Assembly (NCBI GenBank): GCA_013239625.1
Contig: MU054220.1
Location: 8,033,367 to 8,097,366, forward strand
From: Lama guanicoe
Taxonomy: Eukaryota
Length of the DNA: 64,000 nt
Direction: 5' to 3'
The notes under the pieces are model-generated. The model did not search any database, was not told where the DNA came from, and saw only the letters and a program-made list of their open reading frames with translations. A program made the translations under genes and the position numbers. Below, one piece after another: positions 26,722 through 39,086 of the stretch. Within the stretch, counting starts at the first letter, position 1. Each line of letters begins with the position of its first letter.

Positions 26722-28227
26722 CAGGGCTGGCTTCATGGGCATGGGAGCTCTGCAGTCACACAGGGCCCCAACTTAGAAGGGTCCAGTGCTTGGTTTAATA
26801 CCCTATTGTTATTGCCTTGAAATTCTGACTGACTTTGTGCTTTGTAAGTGAATTCCAGCAGCACAGTTAAACATAGTTGGAGGGGGTGGGGGAGACATGG
26901 AGTCTCAGATCATATATGGTCCTACCTCCCAGCCACCCAGTGTACGTTTTCAGTTGCCCACCCCCCTGCTTTCTGGTACCCCACCTGAGACTAGCGCTCT
27001 TCCTTTCTGCTGTGGAGGGAGGACAAAAGGGACGAGTCCACCTTCCACCTTGGCCCTTCACTCCTCGATGGGGGCCCGGGTGTGAGTGCAACTCAGGGGA
27101 CCTGGGTCTGAGTCCAGGGTTGGACTGAGCTCCAGGCTGTCTCAGGGAGGATTTGGGGGTGGTCATTTGCCACCTACTGCTGGCAACTCCACTCCAGGTG
27201 CATCCAGGAGGCAATCAGAGGCCACAAGGAGTTAGCCCTTCTGCAGTAGGTAGGGGCTGTGGGGAGGGGATGACTGCCTTCAATTCCCCAGAGTCGGCCC
27301 CAGGAGGTTTAGGCATCAGGCTGGCTGGTGACTCTCGGAAGGCAGAAGCTGGTGCTATCAGGTCTTAGCTAGCCCCCTCCAGGGGCCTCTAATCACAGGT
27401 CGGGAGTCCAGGGCAGCTGTGAGGGCCTGCATCCCTGTACCCCCATGCCCAAGGCAGCACCCCTCAGGATGTCTCTGTGCCTGGCCCAAAACAGCAATTC
27501 CTTCCTGCGGGGAGCCGCTCGTGACGGAGGGCTGCCGAGCACAAAACTTGGGCGTAAAACCCCAAAGTGCAGGGCGCCAGGCTCTGAGATTGAGGCTGCC
27601 GAGCACAAAGGTTGGGCCTAAACTCTCACAGTGCGGGGCGCCCGATTAAAATCATATAAAAGAACCACCTGAAATAAACTCGTCGTCCACTCTTGACCTA
27701 GCGTCTTGCGGGCTAGAGTGAGACCCTCTCAGCCCCACCTTTTAGTCTTGTCTTGCTGTCTCTTTGTTACGCCTTTCCTTTTCTCAGTCCTGCAGCACAG
27801 GTTTCTGGACCTGATCGATTGTCGGCTGGCTCCGACACCTTCCTCTGTCCTCCCCGAGTATACCTTGGACTTATCAGCTCTGGCTAGCTAGAGGAATTCA
27901 CTCCTCTGGGAATGAGCTATCACGTACAAACTGTGTCATTTTGGTGCTTCCACAAATGAGTTGAATGCACTTATATTCGTATTTAGAATTAACAGTGCAC
28001 ACTATAAAGAATAATGGAACAAGACTTGCTAGTAATTTAATAACGTACTTAGAATGAGAGTAAATACCAAATAAAACCAGTAATGGTAAGTCAAGAGAGA
28101 CACCTTGGAAGAAAGGGAAAGCTTTATATTTCAGTATCTTTCACAGCACTTTTTTCTCAATGTCTTGAACAGAAGGCCTTATATTTTCATCTTGCACTGG
28201 GTCCCACAAATTACACAGCCAGCCCTG
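26722..28227 (+). mobile_element. MER45R/MER45B-like hAT-Tip100 non-autonomous DNA transposon, interrupted by an LTR
   Basis: Perfect 11-bp TIRs CAGGGCTGGCT / AGCCAGCCCTG; MER45-type ends ('tgcagtcacacagggcccc', 'ttttcatcttgcactgggtcccacaaatta'); degenerate 8-bp TSD cctacgcc / cttaggct (5/8). Confidence 0.85.
27506..27837 (+). mobile_element. Young class II (betaretrovirus-like/ERVK) solo LTR, 332 bp
   Basis: TG...CA termini (TGCGGGGAGCCG ... CGGCTGGCTCCGACA), perfect 6-bp TSD CCTTCC (27500-27505, 27838-27843), TATAAAA 27655-27661, AATAAA 27673-27678, many intact CpGs. Confidence 0.9.
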
Positions 28228-30149
28228 CTTAGGCTCAAATACACTGGTTTCTGTCTCAGTCAGTGTCTGGTGGTACCTATTCCTTTTTGCCTTTCTTTTC
28301 TTCCTGATCCCATCTTCTGATGTGGCTCTGCCTTTCAGAAATATATACCACGTATGCCTCCCTGCGTCTGTATTCTTCTGGTCCCTCCATGCAGTCAGAA
28401 GGTTCTACTTGGATTGTAGTCTTGGTTCTGAATCCCCCTGTCTGGCCTCTCTGGCTAATCGACTGTACAGACAGACAGGCTATTGTTGGCATAAGAAAAA
28501 TTATTTCTAACGTGCTTTTCGTGATTATGAAATGCCACTGAAAGTCACCCCAGAAGTCTAGGCAGATCATAGCAGTTCCAAAATTTTCGCTGAGGCAACT
28601 TGAGAGAGCTCTTCAGGCTCATGCTGCTGACATTTTAGAAGGATTTCAGTGTTATGTAATATTAATAGATGAAAGAAACAAAGAAATTAAAATGAAATAC
28701 CTGATCTGACCCAGTCACTCATCTCACTAGTATTTTCAGCATCAGTATTTTGTGTCCATATCGAGAGGAGCTCGTAAACTTTGGTCATTCACTTAATAAC
28801 TCCTAGCCTGTTTCACTACATTTAATAATGTCTCATTTTGGGATTAAATGCAGTGACACACAGAAAGTTCTCAGTGTTACATACCAAATAAAATTTAATT
28901 CCACTTCTGTTTGGAACATCTTAGTTTAATCACAGTTTCAGAAAGCACCATCCACGTGACAGAAGCCATGAACCTCACTGAATGTCTTTGTAAAGATGGA
29001 TACTTACAATCTTAGGAGAGAAATGTATAACAAAATGTAAGATAGTAATCAATTAAATTAAATTAAAATACAAAGGGGAATTACACGAATTAATTGATTG
29101 ATTGATATAATTCTCTTTCGTATTTTCTCGGATGTCAATAATCAGATAACGCGTCTAAGGACTAGGTTTGGAATTACCCACCAAAAACTGGCTTGGGCAA
29201 ATTGTTCCAATTATTTAGAAGACTATTCATCCTGATATATGGTAGACAGTGCCTACAGGATATTACTTGATGTTCAAACATACACTGCAACATTAATCCT
29301 GGTGGGGTACCCTCTTTCTCTTCTCTAACTCCCTTTGCCTATAAGGAAAATGGAACACAACAAACAAAACACACTTGCTTTACCTTTCTCTTTTCATTAG
29401 GACCCATGTCAGTGATTCAGAAAGCTGTAGATTCAGGCCCAAATTGGGTAAAGTTTTCGGGCACCTTCATAAATTATAAAGCCATGTTGTTTAATCCAGT
29501 GCAGTTGGTTCTTCCTCTTTCCAATGTGAATGCTTGCTGATTCAATCTCTTAATGTGTTCTATAATTTTTAATTTATTTCTATCCTCACCGCTCCTTCGT
29601 GCAGTATTCTCTCCTATGATCTCACTGCTACTGACTTATATATATTTCAAACTATGTTCTGTTCTCCTGCTTGGGTCAGTTTCCTAAGAGAAGCAATTCA
29701 AGATTTTACTCGAAGGGAAACAGCCCAACAACTTTCTTCCCTCTCAGGGTTTGGAACCAACTGAAAGTTCAGAAAGAGGAGAGAAACTAAGGAAAATATG
29801 AAAGCCAACCTTAATACTCATACAATTTTTAAAGAAATGGATTTAGATATTCACCAAAATGTGTTTATTTATCTCTGCTACTCAAGCCTATCCCCTGGAA
29901 TAGCTCGTTTAGTAGAAAGTTTGGATTTACAGAGCAAACATAATTGCTACAGCTGCTGGCTCTTAAAGCACAATAGGGCAGGGGGTGGGGGAGTATGTAT
30001 GGGGATGAATACAGTGAGTCTTAACAATCCACCCATGTCAGCCTTTAAAAAATCAAACCCTTGTCACCCATGGGGCAATATGCCAAATATCTCTCCCCCC
30101 CCCATAAAAGGAAAACCCAGTGAAAGGACATCTCTGCGAAGCAGTTCAG

Positions 30150-30560
30150 ATCAATTCTACCTAAAATCCTTCCATGACTGCTTAAACAATCATTTTGAAC
30201 TCTCTTCTTCAGCTGTCAAGTCCTTTCCCCAGCATGTGAGGTGGTCCTCCCTCACCCACCCCTCCTGACCTCATTACCTATATACTTCAGCCAAAATTAC
30301 ATTCTACCACATAGGACCTCCTCCAGCACATGAATGCTGTGTCTTCCTATTTATTCCCATGTCATCGCCTTAACCTACAAAGTCCTCTTCTTGAATTATC
30401 TGATTATCAAATTTGGACTCATCCTTCAAAATTTAGATGAGATACTGACTTCCAAAGGCAGTTCTCTGCTCTCCTGGGGGGTGGGTGGGGGTTATTATTC
30501 CCCTCTGCTGGGTCCTCAGGCTCTTTGCTCTGTGATATTTCCAGTCATCTAACTTCCTGG
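30150..30560 (+). mobile_element. Ancient L2 fragment
   Basis: 'cctaaaatccttccatgactgc', 'actcatccttcaaaatttag' resemble the L2 3' region. Confidence 0.45.
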
Positions 30561-31750
30561 ATTAGAAAGGTCACTCATTTGACTTGGTTGTGAATCCCAC
30601 CTCTGTTGCTTTATCAGCTGTGAATCTCTGAATTAGTTACCATTGTTTTCGTACCATTTTTCAATCCATAAAATGTGGATGATAGTGTTGAATACTCCAA
30701 ATCACTTTGGAGTAGTAGAGTTCAATACACTTGTTCCATATTTTCTTTTATCTATTTCTGTAAGATTTTGTCATATATTAAATATATATATGGTTATCTC
30801 TTTTTAATTATAATAATTGTGACTACAACAGAAACTAATGTATATCAGGGTACACCAAATGTACTTGACATAGCACATAGCACCTGTTCCATTATTCCTA
30901 TTCAATTCCTAGTGAATATCAAAAGGGAGTTTGTGTGTGTGTGTGGGGGGGGGAATGTTGCTTTAGGCTGTTTCAGAAAATACTGATACTCTGAGAATCA
31001 ATTTAAAAAGAGTCTCAGTGCATTCAAGACATTGTGGCTCTCATGAGAAATACCATGATTTTCATAATACATAGAATCAGAATTTTGCTTTAAAATGACA
31101 AAAAAGTCTGACAAAGAAATGTTCAAGGTAGAGAAATCATATATAAGAAAAAATAAAACTGGCTGATGTTCTGACATCACTTGCTGATTTTAAAAAATGG
31201 ACTTAATATTGCAATGCTCAACATGCTAGTATATGATACACAGTGAATAGATTATGATGGACACTTGGGGAAAGGCCTCTGGCTAACAATATGGGATCCT
31301 CTCTGGTAGCCACTATCTTGATGGATATACTGTAATTTACAGCCCCATCCTACCAAAATTTTCCCACATACTTAGTTTTCCATTACTGATACTGAGGACA
31401 CTGCAGCTTACAAAGACCATCCTGATGCTAGAAAAAGCATAGCCCTGGATGCTTTGTGGAGGTCTTCTGAATTTTGGGGGAGGGGAGAATTTTATTTTTT
31501 CATTGCTTTAGAAGACCTGTAAACGTGTTATTTTAAACACCAAAGAATACAAAAGAAATTGAATCATTAGCAAATACCAGTCCTGTATACATATTTTACA
31601 ATAGTGTGCATCATTTCTCTAATTAAATTTTAATATGAAACTTGAGAACTCTTATAAGCCACACAGATTTGTGAACACTATTCATTAAATCCCAGTCATC
31701 TGAGGGACTTAGGGCTTATTGATGGAAAACCGTAGACTGAGGTCACTGTC

Positions 31751-32082
31751 CACCTTAGTCCATTAGGGTGGCTACAACGGAATACGACAGACTGGGTGGC
31801 TTATCCACAACAAAAATTTATCTCTCACCATCCTGGAGACTAGGAAGTCCAAGATCAAGGGGCCAGAACATTTGATGTCTGATCCTGCTTCCTGCTTCAT
31901 AGAGGGCCACTTTCTCACGTGGAGGAATGAGTGAGGGAGTTCTCTGGGGTCTGTTTTAAAACAGCACAAATCCCATTTGTGACCTAATCATATTCAAGTC
32001 CCCCACCTCCTAATACCACAGCACTGGGGGTTAGGATTCCAACACAATAATTTAGGGGGTCACAAACATTCGGTTGATAGCA
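31751..32082 (-). mobile_element. MLT1A-like ERVL-MaLR solo LTR
   Basis: 'cttagtcc...agactgggtggctta...ggaagtccaagatcaagg...cccacctcctaatacca...cacaaacattc..atagca'; 5-bp TSD CTGTC (31746-50, 32083-87). Confidence 0.9.
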
Positions 32083-33164
32083 CTGTCCTTCATGTGATAG
32101 CGGAAACTGAGGTCTTCAAATTTACCTTCTGAAATATGCTGGAATTTCTGTGACATTTCCACATGATTGTAGAAAATGTCAGTTCCTGAACTTTCTGGTG
32201 ATGGGTAAAAATTATTTGATGACAACAACTTGGCATTAAAGATCAGGCTTATATTCAAAATAGCCGTCATCTGTATATGTCTAATATATACTTCCAAAAA
32301 TTTAAACTACTAATAAATTCTTTTCTCTCTACTAGCTTGTAAAAAAAAATTCTTTTCACCTGCTAGAGGCTATTTCTTGCAAAACTGGGCACTTGCCCAT
32401 GAAAAGGAGTAAGTGAGCATGGGATCAGTTATTTATTTTATATGTGCATAAGATGACTCCAAAACTAAAGCATGTGCTTTGCTGATGAGAAAGTTATGCT
32501 TTAAAAGAGTTCTCAGTGTCAGCCTTAAAGGAGTATGCACTCAGATCCTTCAGGATGATTTTTTTTTCTTAGAGTGATCCGTGGCATGACAGCAAGAATC
32601 ATGCATCGGGCTTAATAGTCTCACCATGGATATTTCTTGATTTTTAATGGGCTCTTTGCAACGGCTGCTTCCCTTTCTCTGGCTTTTCTTCCATTACCCT
32701 TTCTATCCCATGTTTGTCATGACTTTTATCCATTAACCTCAGGCCATTTGGAACTATGTGTCTGGTATAATTAAGCAGAAGGGAGTTGGAAAGAAGCAAA
32801 GTGAGATGCTACGAAGCTGAAGAATTGAGATCAATACCCTTGACTACTTTCACCTGACCTCCTTCCAGAGGCGAGCTTGGCAGGACACTTGACCGGGGAG
32901 GGTAAGTTCTAACACACCCTTCCTGATCTACTCTAGACAAGCCTTTGTTTGTGCCTTCTGGGCTCATCACCCTGTGCGTAGAGGGTAGCCCGCATTTTCC
33001 AGGCTCACTCCTTTTCCACATCATGAAATAGCTGTCTTTTGCCAAGTGCCCTCATGAGACTATATTTATTGTAAATCCTTCAAATGGGTAACACATTTCT
33101 TGAGGCCAGGGAAAAATTCTATACTATTTACAATATTAAATGTAATATAAAAGGCAAATGGTAT

Positions 33165-33390
33165 TACAGGACAGAGATCAAGGACATAACTAAGAACACA
33201 GGTTTTCTGGTTTCAGAGCCTGCCTCAGCCATTTACTATCTTCTAAACTGCATCAAAAACTGAATGCATGGCAGAACGAGGTAATAATGCTGTGCTGCCT
33301 CCAAAGTAATGTTGGAAAAGTTGAGAACAAACAGAAAGCGCTTAGCAAAACGCCAGGCAGATACTTGTAAGTGCTCTCAACGTATTTAGA
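33165..33390 (+). mobile_element. MIR fragment
   Basis: 'taagaacacagg...gcctcagccatttacta...aaagcgcttagcaaaacgccaggca'. Confidence 0.5.
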
Positions 33391-35299
33391 TATTACTAGA
33401 TACCATAACTCATAGTGAGCACAATAAAACTTTGAGCTAACTGAATTTGCTCAGTATGAATTTTCTCAGTTTGACTACTAATATTTAGTGCTAATATGAA
33501 GGTAATCACCACAGTGTTTAAGAAGACCTTGTCAGCAATTTTGAGGAGTTTATACTTTTCTTTTCAAAAACACAGTTCTCTCTGTTAGTTTCTTAAATCC
33601 TTCCTGGTCCAAAGGCCCAAACTTAGTTCCAATTTCATCAATTAATTGAGCCAATTTTTTTCCATTTACAGAAATCAATTATTTGAATGAAGTGTCCTAG
33701 GCTACCATAAAAGCAATGAATTAAAATTCTCCCCAGTTATTGGGTTTTAAAGTAAAATGCTCAGCTGTACTAGGGCCAGGCTTTTAAACAGCCAAGTACC
33801 TAAGCATTCTAAATCTGATTATTTTTACTGTTCTTAAAATCCAATTACACCAAATGATTTAAGGCTATTTACCTAAAATATTGATCTGCTATGGCTTATT
33901 TCATTTGGCAGCAATATTCTCCAAATATCTTAGAAGCATTAGAAAAATCTATACCTTAAAAAACAAAACAATGGCATAATTCTTTTTATGGCTGACTTTT
34001 TCATTCTAGACTATAACTATCATAATCTGACTGTACAACTTATTGACTGTTTTTGCTAACAGATATCTAAGGTCAAAAATAAATTAGACTCTGGGAATGT
34101 GTGTACAATTAAACAGGCACAATTGTGCCTTAGAAAAACAATTAGAAGATGTGCAGGTAGCCGCTGCCTAATGTTCTAAGAGTGAGAAAAATTAAAGGGA
34201 TAAAATAAAAAATTCTAAATAAATTTCATACAATTGCCATTGAAATACTGATGAATAAACACTGTGCTTCTACGGTTGGTATGTTTTCACTCTGTGGGAA
34301 GTGACATTTTTAAAAAACAAATACACTGTAAAAAAGTCTATAATTTTAGTGTATAAGGTTATATGTTTTTTATTACAATATGCATACTTTATTAATTTCA
34401 TGTCCTTTTTTTTAAAGTGAAACAAAAAAATTATTTGCCTAAGTTTTTTTTTAATTCTAAGTGATAAATATAGAAGAAATAGCCCATGTATTTGTCTTCA
34501 AATATATGAGTGTGCATGTGAATATAGCTGTGGTTCTAGAGAAAGAATGATTTTTCTGACATCTGGTTTATTTATATACGAGTCTACTGTTTTCGAGGTT
34601 AAAAGTCTATTTAAAATTTATTCTTTGAATAATTATTTGCTCAAATGAACATCTTAATGTGTAATAAAAACAGTTAAAATATATGTAAATATAAAATAAA
34701 ACTGTTTTGGTCATTCTTCATTAAGATCATTAAATAAATATGAAATGTCTTTGATATGTTACAATAAACATGTTTTGAGATAATCTGGTAATATTATTAA
34801 GCATTTCAGTGCATGAACAAAATGAAATTAGTATGTCGTATAAAACAAATTCAAACTATTAGAGAGATTACATGAATTATGCTTTAAAAATATAGAGGTG
34901 ACACTTTAAGCGTTTCAAAGTTTCAAGATTAATAAGGAATGTATATACAAACATCACAAACATAATATTTGTGCCATATATTCCTTTCACTTAGAAAGAA
35001 ATTCTACTAAAATTTAATATTAAAAAACCCTGAAATCTAACATACATAAAATTAATAGAGGATTTTTTGTTTATCTCAAGGAAATGCTTGATAACAAACT
35101 ATGACTCTTAGTACACTGGACTTTAAAGCCAACACATTTGTAGAGTTAACTCAGGAATGTCTATCGAGCAACACTCAGGACATTGCTTCCCCTCACATGA
35201 TGGGTACACATGTGGTAGTTTACAATAGATACGAGCACAAATCGTTCACCCCTAGTTACAGAAGGGAAGGCGAAGCAAAACATGAGTTTTTGGCTCTCT

Positions 35300-35755
35300 A
35301 ACTCAGAAATATGAGGTCTCCAGCATTACAGAATCTTAGGTTTGATCATTGTTATAGGGACATTGTCTTCACTATATCTTAGTGATACCTTTTCCTGTGT
35401 TGATTCCGTTTGTGGACATGCAAAGTTTGTCACTATTACACATCCCAACAGCTTAGTAACTCATGCATTGAGAGAATATCACTTCCAGCTAATACCACCA
35501 ATATTGTGTGAGGGTATCCAACCTGCCCAACTTCAGACATGTATTTTTTAATCCATTTCTAAAGCACAGAGATATGGTTTTCTGATTAGCCAAGCCTAAG
35601 GTCATGTTCCTATCCTCAAAATTCAAATCAGAATGAACCCAACATAAGATATATACATACAGTGAAAAAATGGCAAAGAAGTTTTCTAAAGCAAAATTAG
35701 AATACTTTTATGCAAAAGAAAGGAGAAGGAGTCTTGAGTGTGCAAAAATAGCTGA
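35300..35755 (-). mobile_element. Ancient MLT1 (J/K-like) LTR remnant
   Basis: 'tctgattagccaagcctaaggtcatg', 'aaagcaaaattagaatact...aaaagaaaggaga'; boundaries approximate. Confidence 0.45.
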
Positions 35756-36186
35756 TAACCTCACATTCCCTAAATCACAGACATTTACACAAGCCCATCT
35801 TCCCATTTTACTTCTCAAAACTGATGCCATACATACCACATAAACATCTTGCACCAAAAAGAAAAATAAAATGATTGATTTCTAGCCAAGGAATTATCCA
35901 ACTTTTCAACCAATACATCCAGCTTTTGAGATAGATATCAAGGTGATGGATGTATTTTTCCGTCAAGTCTCATTCCTCATGGTTGGCCAACACATGGCTA
36001 CACTAAAGATCCTATAATAGCACATATTAAATGTGTTTCTTTCAATGCTTTATCGACATATAACTGATATAGCAAAAATTATACACTTTTAATGTATACA
36101 TCTTGATAAGTTTGCACATATGCATAAAGCTGAGATGGTGGTGATGGTGTCACATGTGCATGCATACATTAAACGTTTTCAAGAGG

Positions 36187-36620
36187 AATTTTAGTTTCTT
36201 ATTACTCTTGTAGCATACTGCAACAAACTGGGGTCTTAAAATACTCACAGTTTTGAGGTGAGAAGTCTGAAGTCAAAATGCTGGCAGAGCCATGCTCTCT
36301 CTCCTAGTTCTTGTCTCCTAGTCCTCACCATTCCTTGGCTCATAGCTGCAGAACTCCAACCTCTGCCTCCACCTCCACTTGGCTGTTCCCTCTGTGTATC
36401 TGTGTCTTCACGTGGTTATATCTGTCCTCTGTGCCTCTGTTTCCGTGTCTCTACTCCTATGAGGAACACAGTCATATGGGATTAAGGTCCCATCTACCCC
36501 AGTATGACATCATCTTAATTACCTCTGCAATGACCTTATTTCCAAATAAGGTCATATTCACAGGTACCAGGGTTAAGACTTCAACATATCTAGAGGGGGA
36601 AAACAATTCAGCCTGCAACA
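36187..36620 (-). mobile_element. MLT1C-like ERVL-MaLR LTR
   Basis: 'ttagtttc...agaagtctgaagtcaa...gtcatatgggattaagg...tgcaatgaccttatttccaaataaggtcatattcacaggtaccagggttaagacttcaacata...aattca...aca'. Confidence 0.9.
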
Positions 36621-37409
36621 AGGAGAAAGTGGAAAAAAGCTCACCATCATCTCATGCATAGGATTCTATGAGAAGAGAGAAGCATCGACTGAAGGGTCAC
36701 AAACAACAGACACCACATTCAAAAGTAGATACTAGATCATACACAGAATTGGAAAATACAGTTTTTAAAAAAAAAATGAAAAACTTACTATGAAACTCTA
36801 AACCTCCTGATTTAGAGGATTTCGAACAAAAATGTCTTCCATCTTTGGAGTCAATTACCAGAGTGTTTAGTCTTATCACCAAATGAATTCCCCATCCTTC
36901 CTGATGACCTCAAGTTTTATAAGGTGGTCTTCAAGGTCACTCAAAGAGTAATGCAACTTACTCAATGGAAATCTAAACACCTGGGAAATCAAAGGTCAAG
37001 CAACTGACTGGCCAGCTACTCTACTGGTGGAGCGAAAGGAAGACTGCTGCTTCACTGAGCAGCTTGTTAGAGAAGAGGTCGCAGCAGGGTTTTTCATGGA
37101 TTAAAAGAAAACAAAAGCGTCCTCATGAGAAACAGGACTTCTACAGAACCATCTCAGGTTTTCTCCAAGAAGGTGTCAAAGGGAATCCTTGGGCTGAGAA
37201 AGAGGTTGTGACAAGATGAAACAGAGATTCATTTACACAAGTCATCTGCAAGATTAGAGATCCCAAATCATGTGGGAGTCCCCAAAGAAGCCATGAGAAA
37301 CTTCACAAGGGAAAATCAGCTTCAAATATCCAAAAAGCAGTTTGGCGAAGCTAGCTTTTCACCGAGAATCATGGTATCAATAAATTCTTCTCTCTGACCC
37401 ACCCTGCCT

Positions 37410-37758
37410 TATGAAATGCTACAAGAAAAAACACAGACTGGTTAGTTTATTAACAACAAAAGTTTATTTCTTACAGTTCTGCAGAATGCGAAGTCCAAGA
37501 CAAGGGGCCAGCATGGTCACCTTCTTGTGAGGACCCTCTAACTGGTTCATAGCCAGAGACGTCTCGTTGTGTTCTCATATGATGAAAGAGCCTAGGGAGC
37601 TCTTCAGGGGCTCCTTTCCAAGAACATTAATCCCATTCGTGAGAGCTCCACTCTCATGACCTAATCATCCCCAAAGCCTCCACCCCTAATACTATCACAC
37701 TGGGCATTAAGATTTCTATGTATGAATTTTGGGGGTACATAACATTTAGGCCCTAGCA
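37410..37758 (-). mobile_element. MLT1A-like ERVL-MaLR LTR
   Basis: 'tttatttcttacagttctg...aagtccaaga...aatcccattcgtgagagctccactctcatgacctaatca...tatgaattttgggggtaca...tagca'. Confidence 0.9.
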
Positions 37759-39040
37759 ACGCACTACTCTCACCTCCAAATCTGGGTGAGCCACAAACGG
37801 CAGTGAACAAGGCAGGCTTCACATCTACATTAGGACTGAGTTGAGGGAGGGTGAAAAGAAACAACCAGAGAGATCTCTGGTTACTACATGAAGCTTCATT
37901 TGGTTATTGCTGGCTTGAGATACTATCACATAAATATGGCCAAAAAAACTGAGTGGAATTTTCTGAGTTCACATGTAGGGTCAAGGAAAGAGCCAACCCC
38001 ACTAAGCCAATTTTAAAGAATGACGGGAGATAAAAATATAGATGTTTATAAATACCCCAGGAGTTTTGCCTGTTTAACAGAATGGTTCAAACAGCATATA
38101 TTATATTCTGCAGAATCAAGATAGAAAGATTCTCTGCTCTGGTTTTGTAGGAACAGCCATCAGGGAGAACCCCCAGGACTACTAAATAAAATCGAGCAAT
38201 TCATCAGTTCATCCCTTTTGCAACCTACTTCTTACTGACTAATGAGAAACCAAAGATTGCCTTACGGTGGCCGGGTCTGAGAGGAATCTTTTGGCCTTAT
38301 CACATCATCAAACTTTCGCACCCATGTGATTGATTTGTAGTTTAGGGATGGTTTCCCAAAGCAATGATCTATGTGAGGCACCTATTCCACTGATCTGAGA
38401 ATGCAAAATATTAAATAAAAACAGGCTGTAAGTAGGAAGATATTTTGCACATCACCACGAACCCAAAGAGTTTATATGCAAAAGCAAGTATTTTAAATCA
38501 ATTTGTGGATTATCTTCTTGAAATTAAAACATCTCACACAAAAATATCTCCTTTTACTGGAGACATCCCTCTGACAGTGTGATGAACAGAGCTAAAATCT
38601 CAAACATTCAATAAGATTTATCACAAATTCATTAAATTCCACCGAAAGGATTCTGACAAATGCTGAAGCAGGAAACATAAACAGTCAGAGCCATTTATTA
38701 AAAATTTAAATGCACACTTTAAAAATCTTAAAGGAAAACTTCTTACCCAAAAGTCATCAATTCTCTTTATTATTAAGAGGCCATAATTTAAACTATAAAA
38801 ATAATTTATTTATATATGCTATAACTCCATGGCAAAATAACTCCATGACATAAATAATTCTATCAGAATTAGTGAAGAAATTCACATGAGTTCATAAAGC
38901 TATACAATGAATGTATGTAGTCATGGTTCACAAGTATTTATAGTTCAAAGTCCTAAAAGAAGACTGAACATTTTTTGGCTATTAGTTATTTATTTGATTG
39001 AATTCAACCTGACAAAAGGCACTTGAATAAAATAAATTTG

Positions 39041-39044
<4 letters not shown>

Positions 39045-39083
<39 letters not shown>
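39045..39083. repeat. (TG)19 microsatellite
   Basis: Perfect dinucleotide run; candidate polymorphic marker. Confidence 0.95.

Positions 39084-39086
<3 letters not shown>

Noticed and set aside
26867..27891. Dense overlapping ORFs and GC-rich, CpG-island-like sequence suggesting a gene promoter or first exon
   Set aside because: Explained by the GC-rich interior of the MER45-like element and the nested LTR.
29798..30268. Longest ORF in the window (156 aa)
   Set aside because: No recognisable domain; its 3' end runs into an L2-like remnant; length is compatible with chance.
36900..38010. Possible ancient LTR interrupted by the MLT1A at 37410-37758
   Set aside because: The composition is LTR-like, but I could not identify termini, a TSD or a family.
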